Assembly: GCA_963675745.2 (NCBI GenBank)
Contig: CAXXWX010000003.1
Span: 192,001 to 256,000 of the forward strand
Source of the DNA: Phycisphaerae bacterium
Lineage (GTDB): Bacteria > Planctomycetota > Phycisphaerae > UBA1845 > Fen-1342
DNA length: 64,000 bases
Direction of reading: 5' to 3'
Shown one piece after another: positions 1 through 8,157 of this stretch. Each line of letters opens with the position of its first letter. Within the stretch, counting starts at the first letter, position 1. The translations under genes and the position numbers were made by a program. The notes under the pieces were generated by a model. That model had not been told where the DNA came from. It made no database searches and was given only the letters and a program-made list of their open reading frames with translations.

Positions 1-162
1 ATGCTGCTGGGGATTGAGAATGCCCGCACGGGGCTAATCTGGGAATTATTCATGTCAGACCGGAACGTGCAGCGCTCCGTTCAGCGGCTGCGCCTCGGGG
101 GAAGTAGCGTGTGTTATCGGTCGGTGGGCGGCGGCCACGGTCTAATCGTAGTTTGCAATTGA
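1..162 (+). CDS. 3' end of a GH144/glucoamylase-like (DUF3131-type) protein, partial (probably starts before the window)
   Basis: Frame 1 reads MLLGIENARTGLIWELFMSDRNVQ..., matching the C-terminal IENxRxGLIWxLFM motif of GH144-like beta-1,2-glucanases; TGA at 160-162. Confidence 0.7.
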   Translation: MLLGIENARTGLIWELFMSDRNVQRSVQRLRLGGSSVCYRSVGGGHGLIVVCN

Positions 163-203
163 CGTTCCGCAACGCGTGGATTACAATCATGAAAACGCTT
201 TCA
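159..203 (+). promoter_or_regulatory. sigma70-type promoter with LacI-family operator
   Basis: TTGACG (159-164), 17-nt spacer, TACAAT (182-187), then near-palindrome TGAAAACGCTTTCA (190-203). Confidence 0.8.
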
Positions 204-266
204 ACCGACATCGTCCCGACCTAAGCCGTCCTTGCGCGGCCCCTTGCACAATCAGGATTTCGCGGT

Positions 267-2690
267 ATGAGTAGCATCGTGAGGGCGTCACGTGAATCGG
301 ATGACCGTCTGGCTCGCCGCGCGGTTCGGAACCCGTATGGCGGATTCTCCATTGAGGGCAACGAGTTCCACATCACCGATTTCCGCACGCCACGTCCCTG
401 GGTCAACATCATTGCCAACCCGCGCTTCGGACTGGCGGTAAGTCAGACCGGCAGCGGTTTCAGTTGGGTGGACAATGCCCAACTCGCGGCAATCACGCGC
501 TGGGAGCAGGATCTCGTCCGTGACAACTCCGGCAAGTTTCTATACGTCCGCGACACAAAAACGGGCGAGGTCTGGTCGCTGTCGCCAGCCCCCACATGGC
601 CGCGCTACGACGAGTACACGTGCCGGCACGGTATGGGTTACACAACCTTTGAGACGCGGTACGCTGACATTCGGGCCACATGGACCCTGTTCTGTCACGC
701 CAGCGAGCCGGTGGAGTTCTGGCGGCTGACGCTCGAAAATCACAGCGGCAGACCGCGGCGACTCGAGCTATGCGCATACCAGGAGTGGTGCTGCGGTGTC
801 GCACCCTCGCCGCGACGGGAATTCCACAAGCTGTTCCTGGAGACCGAGTTCGACGCCGCGCGCGGGGCAATCTTCGCATGCAACCACATGTGGGAGGTCC
901 CGACCGAGCACCATGGCCATTGGAACACGGGCTTTCCGTACGTCAGCGCGCTAGCATGCACCGACGCGGTGCTCTCCGCGACCGGCGACAAAGGGGCGTT
1001 TCTGGGGCGCAATGGCGACGCGCGCTCGCCGGAGGCGCTCGCGCAGGATCTGTGGCGGCCCAAGTTCGGACGCCACGAAGATGCGGTGGCGGCGCTGCGC
1101 CTGGAGGTCGAATTGCGGCGCGACGAACGGCATGAGCTGGGATTCGTGTTGGCAGTTGGCGCCTCGCGCGCGGACGTCGAGCAAACACTGTCGCGGACGC
1201 GCGACGTGGCCGTGCTCGATCGGTCGCTGGAGGATGTGCGGGTTCAGTGGCAGGCGCGTTTGGCCCACCATCGCGTCGAGCTCCCGGAAGCGTCGCTCAC
1301 CTACCTGACGAACGATTGGCTGCGCTATCAGGCGATCGCGGGTCGCATCTGGGGGCGCTGTGGCTACTACCAGCAGAGCGGCGCGATTGGCTACCGCGAT
1401 CAGTTGCAGGACGCGCAGGTCTGGCTGACCATCGATCCGTCCCACTGCCGCACGCAGATCAACACCCATGCCGCCCACCAGTTCGCCGACGGATCCGTGT
1501 ATCACTGGTGGCACCCACTGTCAGAGCAGGGCTTGGTCACGCGCATGACGGACGATCTGCTCTGGCTGGCGTTCGTGACCGCCAACTACATCCGCGAAAC
1601 TGGCAAACTCGATATTCTGTATGACGAGACGCCCTTCCTCGACGACAAGACGCCGAGTTCGCTGCTCGAACACGTGCGCCGAGCATTCGCGCGGGCGTTC
1701 CAGCGGACGAGTTCGCGTGGGTTGCCGCACATTGGGGCCGGTGATTGGAACGACGGGCTCAGCGCCGTGGGCCTTCACGAGCGTGGTGAGTCCATCTGGC
1801 TGGGGCATTTTCTTGCGGGCCTGCTGGCCGACTGGGCGGGAATCTACCGGCGCGTCGGTAACGAGCGGGGCGCCGCCGACCTCGACGCGCGCCGGGCGGC
1901 GCTCGTCACCGCACTCAACACGCATGGCTGGGACGGGCAATGGTATTTGCGGGCGACGCTGGATGATGGTTCGACGCTGGGCAGTTCCGAAGGCGAAGCC
2001 GGACGTATCTTTCTGAATGCGCAGACGTGGGCAATCTTGAACGACGTCGCGCCGCCCGATCGCGCCCGGGCCTGCTGGGACGCGGTTTGCCGGCATCTGA
2101 TCAGTGAGGCGGGGGCCCTGCTGCTGGCCCCGGCGTTTGAAGCGCCCGACCGGCGCGTCGGCTACATCACGCGCTATGGCCCGGGGCTGCGCGAGAACGG
2201 CGGCGTCTATACGCATGCGGCGACATGGGCGATAGCGGCGGCGTGCAAGATGCGTGATACACAGCGCGTGGGCGAATTGCTGACCGCGATCAATCCCGCA
2301 CTCAAGGACCCCGAGCGGTACTGGGCTGAGCCGTACGTCCTGCCCGGCAACGTTGACGGGCCGCAGTCGCCGCACCACGGTCGCGCCGGGTGGACCTGGT
2401 ACACCGGTTCGGCGGCGTGGCTACATCGCGTGATCAGTGAGTGGGTGCTGGGTGTGCGGCCGGAATGGGACGGGCTGCGGATCGCGCCGTGTCTTCCGCC
2501 CGGGTGGAAGCATGCCAGCATGCAGCGTCCTTATCGCGGTGCGACGCTCGACATCACGATCGATCGACAGGATGGCGCATCGGCGGACCGCAACGTGTCG
2601 GTGACGCTGGATGGCAAGACGCTGGATGACAACCTCGTACCGGCGGCGAGGTTGATACCGGGGGCGCACACGATCGCGGTGACCTACTAG
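267..2690 (+). CDS. GH94 glycoside phosphorylase (resembles the beta-1,2-oligoglucan phosphorylase domain of NdvB/Cgs)
   Basis: 807 aa; TPRPWVN, GYRDQLQD, GDWNDG catalytic motif, RENGGVYTHAATW, WYTGSAAW; no signal peptide. Confidence 0.9.
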   Translation: MSSIVRASRESDDRLARRAVRNPYGGFSIEGNEFHITDFRTPRPWVNIIANPRFGLAVSQTGSGFSWVDNAQLAAITRWEQDLVRDNSGKFLYVRDTKTGEVWSLSPAPTWPRYDEYTCRHGMGYTTFETRYADIRATWTLFCHASEPVEFWRLTLENHSGRPRRLELCAYQEWCCGVAPSPRREFHKLFLETEFDAARGAIFACNHMWEVPTEHHGHWNTGFPYVSALACTDAVLSATGDKGAFLGRNGDARSPEALAQDLWRPKFGRHEDAVAALRLEVELRRDERHELGFVLAVGASRADVEQTLSRTRDVAVLDRSLEDVRVQWQARLAHHRVELPEASLTYLTNDWLRYQAIAGRIWGRCGYYQQSGAIGYRDQLQDAQVWLTIDPSHCRTQINTHAAHQFADGSVYHWWHPLSEQGLVTRMTDDLLWLAFVTANYIRETGKLDILYDETPFLDDKTPSSLLEHVRRAFARAFQRTSSRGLPHIGAGDWNDGLSAVGLHERGESIWLGHFLAGLLADWAGIYRRVGNERGAADLDARRAALVTALNTHGWDGQWYLRATLDDGSTLGSSEGEAGRIFLNAQTWAILNDVAPPDRARACWDAVCRHLISEAGALLLAPAFEAPDRRVGYITRYGPGLRENGGVYTHAATWAIAAACKMRDTQRVGELLTAINPALKDPERYWAEPYVLPGNVDGPQSPHHGRAGWTWYTGSAAWLHRVISEWVLGVRPEWDGLRIAPCLPPGWKHASMQRPYRGATLDITIDRQDGASADRNVSVTLDGKTLDDNLVPAARLIPGAHTIAVTY

Positions 2691-2867
2691 CAGCGAGCAC
2701 ACAGTCAGAGCCCGAGCGGATGCGCGGGCGTATTCGCGGTTGGTCTGGGACATTTTGCCACCACCTCCAAAGGACTTGCCACGATTCTTCGCTGATAGCT
2801 GACAGCTGACAGCACTGTGCCCGCTTGCTTCTGCTCGGGCTCAGACCTTCCTTCCGCGAGGTCGCCG

Positions 2868-4709
2868 ATGATTTCCCTTCGTAGTCGACTGGCGTCTCTG
2901 ACCATCGTCTCACTCATGGTTGCCGTGGGATCGCGTGGAGGCGCCACACAGTGGCCGGTCGTGCAGGCGGAAGATGAGGAATATCTGCGTGGCGTGGCGG
3001 TGGACACTTGGGCGTGTATCGCGCACTTTGTCGAACCGACCACGGGATTGCCATTCGACAGCAGCAAGCGCGCTGAGCACAGCTCGGTCTCGAATCTCGG
3101 CTATTACGCGGCAAGTTGCGCCGCGGCGGCGGAGATGGAGCTCATGTCGCGTGAGGAGGCCACGCGGCGCGTCCGGCGCGTACTCGATGGATATCGCCGC
3201 TTCCAGCACTGGAACGGGTTCTCGCAGTCATGGAACAACGTCCACACGCTTAAGCCGGCACCACATGACACGATGATCTCGCTGTTGGACTCGGCGAACA
3301 TGGTGGCCGGCTTCGTGGTCGCGGGGCAGCTTCTGCCGGATGTGCGTGCGGATGTTGGTCAGGTTCTCAGTGCGATGGACTGGAAGCCCTTTCACGATGC
3401 GGCGGACGGTCGGCTGTTCGGCGGGTATGACATGGCGCGGGGGCGGATCGATCGCGGCTGGCACATCGGAGACTACGCCGGCGACGGGCGCTTGGCGGCG
3501 TTCTGGGCGATCGCGGTGGGCGCCGCGCCGCCCGGGTCATGGGAGAAGCTCGGGCGCGAGACCGAAACGCATTTTGGACTGGAGATCTACAAGCCGGCGT
3601 GGTTGGGTGGTGGGCTGTTCATGCAGGTGCAGGATGGTCTGTTCCTGGATGAGCGTTGCACGCCGGCGGGTCGCTCCGCAGCCGATTTCGCGTATGTACA
3701 AATGCTGTTTGCGCGGCAGCAGAAGTTGCCCGCGTGGGGTTGGTCAGCGTGCTGCGCGCCGGATGGCGAGTATCTTGGGTGGTGTGGGTTGAAGGTGTCC
3801 GTGGTCACGCCGCACGCGGCGGGGATGGCGGCGAACTTCTATCCGCACAAGGCCGCCGAGTGTTTGCGCGAGTTGGAGAAGTGGGGCGCGCGAACGCCGT
3901 TTGAGGAGCACGGCAGGCAGCTCAAGCTCGGCTTTCGCGATTCGATCGACCTCGACAGCGGTGTCGTGTGTGATCGCTACCTGCCACCGCTGGATCAGGC
4001 AATGATGTTCCTCGCGCTGGCCAACGCGCTCGAGGATCGCGTTGTGCAGCGGGCGTTCATGTCGCATCCGGTGGTTCGCACGGGCTGCACGCGTATCGCC
4101 GAGTATTCGAAACAGGTGGATGACGCGTGGCTAGCGGAGCTTCAGCGGCGCGATATTAAGCCGCTGCGTGTTCCCGACGCAGGCGGGCGCGGCGGCCCGG
4201 CGCGCGTGGTCATCGATGACTTTGAGCGGGCCGAGGCCACGACTAACCTGCTTGGTGCGGCGAACAGCGTCTGGACGCGCGACGCTGACGATGACACGGT
4301 GACAATCGGGATGCGGCACGAGACTCTCGAGCAGGGTGGCAAACGCTCGGGCTGTCTGCGTGTTGATTACGACGTGGAGTCGCCGAACCCGGCGTACGGC
4401 GGCGTGACGCTGAGTCTCGGGCATGCGAACGGCTCCGGATGCAATCTGCTGACGCTGCGGGCACGCGGGTTGCCGGATCGGACAAAGGTCGAACTGCATG
4501 GGCGTGGCGGATCGGGGGCGGTCCGCGTGCGTGTGAAGGATGCGGGGCAATGGACGGACATCGAGCTGCGCTACCGTGACTTCGGCATGATCACAGACTG
4601 GTCAGATCTCGATCGACTCGTCATCGTGTTCGAGGACAACGTGTCGAAGCCAAAGGTCGGCACCGTCTGGCTCGACGATATTGAGTTGATGCGTGGTGAA
4701 TCGAAGTGA
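2868..4709 (+). CDS. Secreted GH144/GH189-related (glucoamylase-like) glycosidase with C-terminal CBM11/CIA30-like domain
   Basis: Signal-like N-terminus from ATG 2868; TGLPFD, SSVSNLGYY, ISLLDSAN, WGWSA, GFRDSID, LDQAMMFLALAN motifs; C-terminal IDDFE...WLDDIEL beta-sandwich. Confidence 0.7.
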   Translation: MISLRSRLASLTIVSLMVAVGSRGGATQWPVVQAEDEEYLRGVAVDTWACIAHFVEPTTGLPFDSSKRAEHSSVSNLGYYAASCAAAAEMELMSREEATRRVRRVLDGYRRFQHWNGFSQSWNNVHTLKPAPHDTMISLLDSANMVAGFVVAGQLLPDVRADVGQVLSAMDWKPFHDAADGRLFGGYDMARGRIDRGWHIGDYAGDGRLAAFWAIAVGAAPPGSWEKLGRETETHFGLEIYKPAWLGGGLFMQVQDGLFLDERCTPAGRSAADFAYVQMLFARQQKLPAWGWSACCAPDGEYLGWCGLKVSVVTPHAAGMAANFYPHKAAECLRELEKWGARTPFEEHGRQLKLGFRDSIDLDSGVVCDRYLPPLDQAMMFLALANALEDRVVQRAFMSHPVVRTGCTRIAEYSKQVDDAWLAELQRRDIKPLRVPDAGGRGGPARVVIDDFERAEATTNLLGAANSVWTRDADDDTVTIGMRHETLEQGGKRSGCLRVDYDVESPNPAYGGVTLSLGHANGSGCNLLTLRARGLPDRTKVELHGRGGSGAVRVRVKDAGQWTDIELRYRDFGMITDWSDLDRLVIVFEDNVSKPKVGTVWLDDIELMRGESK

Positions 4710-4735
4710 TGGTGCCGCGCGTGACGCAGCCACAC

Positions 4736-4810
4736 TTAGCGTCAGGCCTCTGCGCCTGACGTTTCGCTGTAGTGCCGACGGAAGACGTCGGGCACGGGGC
4801 CTGACGCTAC
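4736..4810. repeat. REP-like inverted repeat pair between convergent genes
   Basis: TAGCGTCAGGCC (4737-4748) and GGCCTGACGCTA (4798-4809) are reverse complements, each with an internal palindrome; right end CTAC is GTAG on the minus strand. Confidence 0.6.
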
Positions 4811-4829
4811 AGGGGGGTTTGATCGGGGG

Positions 4830-5678
4830 CTACCCTTTCAAGCCCGTTGTCGAGATGCCACGGATGAAAGTACGCTGGGCGAAAAGGAACAGGATCACGA
4901 CGGGCAGGATGATGAGCGTTGCGGCCGCCATGAGTTGATTCCAGGGTGTGTCGCCGGCTCTGCTCTGGAGGAATTGCAGACCCAGCGCCAGCGTGAACTG
5001 CTCCTGGTGCGAGAGGTAGATCAGCGGGCCGACGAGGTCGTTCCAGACGGCGAGGCAGTGGAACAGGGCGACGACCGCCAGCGCGGGGCGCGAGAGCGGC
5101 AGGATGATCAACCAGAAGCAGCCCCAGCGTGAACAGCCGTCGAGCATCGCCGATTCCTCGAGGTCCTTCGGGATGCCCATGAAGAATTGCCGTAGGAGAA
5201 AGATGTTGAACGCGGCGCCGAACCACGCCGGCACCCAGAGCGGCAGAAACGTCCCGACCCAGCCGAGCTTCTGAAAGATTATGTACTGCGGCACCATGAT
5301 GACGGGGAAGGGGATCATCATCGTCGCGAGGCATATGCCGAACATCAGGTTGCGGCCGCGGAACTGAATGCGCGCGAAACCATAGGCGGCGATGGCGCTG
5401 GCGAGCACCATGCCGACGAGGCTGAGGGCCGCGATGATGAGCGTGTTGCGGGCGTAAAGCGCGAAGTCGAAGCTGTCCGAGCGCACCACCTGCTGGTATG
5501 CCAGCAGTTGCGGATTCTCGGGGATGATATTGGGGTGGCGCAGTTCGTCCGGCGGCTTGATACTGACGCTGAACATCCAGACCAGTGGAAGCACGAACAG
5601 GCCGGCGACGATGCACAGCAGTGCGTAAACCACCAGCCGGCTGCGCAACTTGCGATAACGTGTCTGCCTCGTAGGCAA
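4830..5678 (-). CDS. Carbohydrate ABC transporter permease (MalG-like)
   Basis: Multiple TM segments, EESAMLDG EAA loop, WNDLVGPLIY. Confidence 0.93.
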   Translation of the reverse strand: MPTRQTRYRKLRSRLVVYALLCIVAGLFVLPLVWMFSVSIKPPDELRHPNIIPENPQLLAYQQVVRSDSFDFALYARNTLIIAALSLVGMVLASAIAAYGFARIQFRGRNLMFGICLATMMIPFPVIMVPQYIIFQKLGWVGTFLPLWVPAWFGAAFNIFLLRQFFMGIPKDLEESAMLDGCSRWGCFWLIILPLSRPALAVVALFHCLAVWNDLVGPLIYLSHQEQFTLALGLQFLQSRAGDTPWNQLMAAATLIILPVVILFLFAQRTFIRGISTTGLKG

Positions 5679-5681
5679 AAT

Positions 5682-6656
5682 CTATGCTCCGCGGTAGTGA
5701 ACCGCTCGCCGGCTGACGAGGAACACCAGCCCGGTCAACCCGACGATGATCAGCAGTTGAATCCACGCCATCGCGCTCGCATAGCCCATCCTCAGATAGC
5801 GGAACGCGTTGTCGAACAGGTACATCGTGTAGAAGTACGTCGAGTCGTTCGGGCCGGAGCCCGTGCGCCACATCACGTACGGCAGCGCGAAGATCTGCCA
5901 TGTACCGATGATGCCGACCACCACGTTGAAGAGGATCACGGGGCTGAGGCCGGGCAGGGTCACGTGCCGGAAACCTTGCCAGCGCGAGGCGCCGTCGAGT
6001 TCGGCGGCCTCGTAGAGCGTCTCCGGGATTTCCTGCAAGCCGGCGAGATAGATCACGACGGGCGACCCGAGCAACCACATGCTGATGATGACCAGCGCGA
6101 GCATGGCCCAGCGCGGCTGACTGAGCCAGCCGGGGCCCTCGGCGAGATCCTGGCCCAGGCTGGCGATGGGCTCCGTAAGTTCGCTCTTGCCCGTGGCGTC
6201 GTGCAGGGCGCTTGTGACGGGCTCCACGAGCTGTCCGAGGGGCCGGATCGCCTGGTTCACCAGGCCGGCCTCGGGGCTGAGCATCCACATCCACATCACT
6301 CCGACGGCCACCAGCGGCACGATCGTCGGCAGGAAGATACAAGCCCGGAAAACGGCCTGGCCGCGTGCTTCCTGGTTGAGCAGCACCGCGAGCAGGACGG
6401 CGACCATCGTCCCGAGCGGGATCGCGATGGCAGCGAAGAGCAGCGTATTGCGAATCACCGCATGGAACTTGGCATCCTGCATCAGATTGCTGTAGTTCTC
6501 GCCGCCGATGAAGACCGGCGATTCGAGCAGTGGATAGTCGCAGAAGCTGATGTAGAGCGAGAGTCCCATCGGTAGCGCCAGGAACAGCAGGAAGCCCAGC
6601 CACCAGGGGGCCGTCCACAACAGACCGCTGAGCCAGGCTGGCCAGGATTGCCTCAC
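5682..6656 (-). CDS. Carbohydrate ABC transporter permease (MalF-like)
   Basis: YLAGLQEIPETLYEAAELDGA motif; GTG start overlaps the stop of the upstream binding-protein gene. Confidence 0.93.
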   Translation of the reverse strand: MRQSWPAWLSGLLWTAPWWLGFLLFLALPMGLSLYISFCDYPLLESPVFIGGENYSNLMQDAKFHAVIRNTLLFAAIAIPLGTMVAVLLAVLLNQEARGQAVFRACIFLPTIVPLVAVGVMWMWMLSPEAGLVNQAIRPLGQLVEPVTSALHDATGKSELTEPIASLGQDLAEGPGWLSQPRWAMLALVIISMWLLGSPVVIYLAGLQEIPETLYEAAELDGASRWQGFRHVTLPGLSPVILFNVVVGIIGTWQIFALPYVMWRTGSGPNDSTYFYTMYLFDNAFRYLRMGYASAMAWIQLLIIVGLTGLVFLVSRRAVHYRGA

Positions 6657-8014
6657 GGCGTTGGGCTCCCGACTTGCTCGCCGCGACGCAGGGCGGCCAT
6701 GCGTTGATGTTCGGCAACGATGGCGTCGACACGGCGCTGGGCCGCGCTGACCTCGGCTCGGGGGTCGAGCCGGCCGCCCAGGATGTTCTCATGCATCTTC
6801 TTGAGTTCGTCGGTGGCCATGGGCCAGGTCGGCATCTGCGGATAGCCGAAGGCCTGGGGCGATGAGGCCAACTCGTCGAACACGCGGATGAACGGATTGG
6901 TGTGCGCGGCGTGGAAGTCGGCGCCGGGCGTGCGAAACGGGGAGATTTTGCCATGCTCGCGGCAAAGACGCTCCAGGACGTCCTGCCGCAACACGTATTC
7001 CAGGAAGATCACCGCCTCGTGTGGGTGGCGCGCACCGGTCGGGATCACGAAGAGATCCGTGCTGGCAAACGCGCGGTGCAGGTCGGCGCGGACCGAGGGG
7101 AACGGCGCGACGGCGTAGTCCAGGTTGGGCGTGTACTTGTTGATCCAGTTCGAGAGCCAGGGGCCCTGGAAGACCATCGCCAGGCGCTCGTCGAGAAACG
7201 GGTTCTGCGCGCCCTCAATTGCGCCCATCGTGCCCTCGAATCTCAGAACGGCGGGCAGGCCCAGCGCTTGGCGTCGCTGCGCCAGCCAATCCGCCGCCCC
7301 GCGCCCGGCGTCCGTGTCAATCATGAAGTGCCGGCCGTCCCACATGTGGGCGTCAAAGAAGCAGGGCCAGATCCAGTGCCACCATCCCAACATGCCAGGC
7401 GAGGTGGTGAAGCCGAGCTGCACGATCCGTTCGCGTGTCTCGGGGTTCTCGTAGCGCGTCAGGCAACGGGCGTATTCGTTCACCTCGGCCGTCGTCCGAG
7501 GCGGCCGGTTTGGGTCGAGACCGGCCTCGCGGAACAGTCGGCGGTTGTAGTACAGACCGATGGTGAACGGCGTGCTCGGCAGCGCGTAGAGTGTGCCGTC
7601 GTACCGCCCGATCTGGAGCCAGATCGGTTTGAAAGCGTCGAGGTCGATCGATGTTCCGGCGATGACCTCTTCGAGTGGCATCAGGGCGCCGCGGTCGGCG
7701 AACTGCGGGATGATGTAGTCGAACAGGCCGGCGACGTCGGGCGGGTCGCCGCCCGCGGTCGCTATCAACATGCGTTGGTCGACGTTGCTGACCGAGTTGT
7801 AGTCGACCCAGATGTCGTGTTCGGCGCCGACAGTCGCGTTGAATTCATCAACGATGCGCTGCATGGCGAGCGCCTCGACGCCCGACCATTTTTCCCAATA
7901 GTGAACGACTGTCCGGTGCGGAGGTACATCAACCTGCCCGCGCGGTCCAAACAACAAAAGCCCGGCGGCGGGGATACCGAGGATGATGAGCAGAATTGCG
8001 CCTCGCACACTCAT
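6653..8014 (-). CDS. Sugar ABC transporter substrate-binding protein (N-terminal membrane anchor)
   Basis: Probable start ATG 8014 (MSVRGAILL); AGGDPPD, LYYNRRLF, LAMVFQGPW; paralogous to 40078-41562. Confidence 0.9.
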   Translation of the reverse strand: MSVRGAILLIILGIPAAGLLLFGPRGQVDVPPHRTVVHYWEKWSGVEALAMQRIVDEFNATVGAEHDIWVDYNSVSNVDQRMLIATAGGDPPDVAGLFDYIIPQFADRGALMPLEEVIAGTSIDLDAFKPIWLQIGRYDGTLYALPSTPFTIGLYYNRRLFREAGLDPNRPPRTTAEVNEYARCLTRYENPETRERIVQLGFTTSPGMLGWWHWIWPCFFDAHMWDGRHFMIDTDAGRGAADWLAQRRQALGLPAVLRFEGTMGAIEGAQNPFLDERLAMVFQGPWLSNWINKYTPNLDYAVAPFPSVRADLHRAFASTDLFVIPTGARHPHEAVIFLEYVLRQDVLERLCREHGKISPFRTPGADFHAAHTNPFIRVFDELASSPQAFGYPQMPTWPMATDELKKMHENILGGRLDPRAEVSAAQRRVDAIVAEHQRMAALRRGEQVGSPTP

Positions 8015-8047
8015 GGTCGTCGTAACCCAAGGTACCGCACTATGCGT

Positions 8048-8095
8048 GGCACGGGCATCCTGCCTGTCAGGATCCAAGGGCAAGATGCCCGTGCC
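8048..8095. repeat. REP-like palindromic element
   Basis: GGCACGGGCATCCTGCC (8048-8064) pairs with GGCAAGATGCCCGTGCC (8079-8095), 16/17 match. Confidence 0.7.
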
Positions 8096-8157
8096 GCCCA
8101 GAATGCGGCCCACCCTAAACAGAACTCAAACGGCGCGGGCAACAGCGCGCGCCGACA

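Noticed and set aside
2791..2813. Heptamer tandem repeat GCTGA(T/C)A x3
   Set aside because: Too short to assign a function; not a CRISPR repeat
4807..6954. 715-aa minus-strand ORF
   Set aside because: Alternative frame over the clear ABC permease genes; Arg/Pro-rich shadow typical of high-GC DNA
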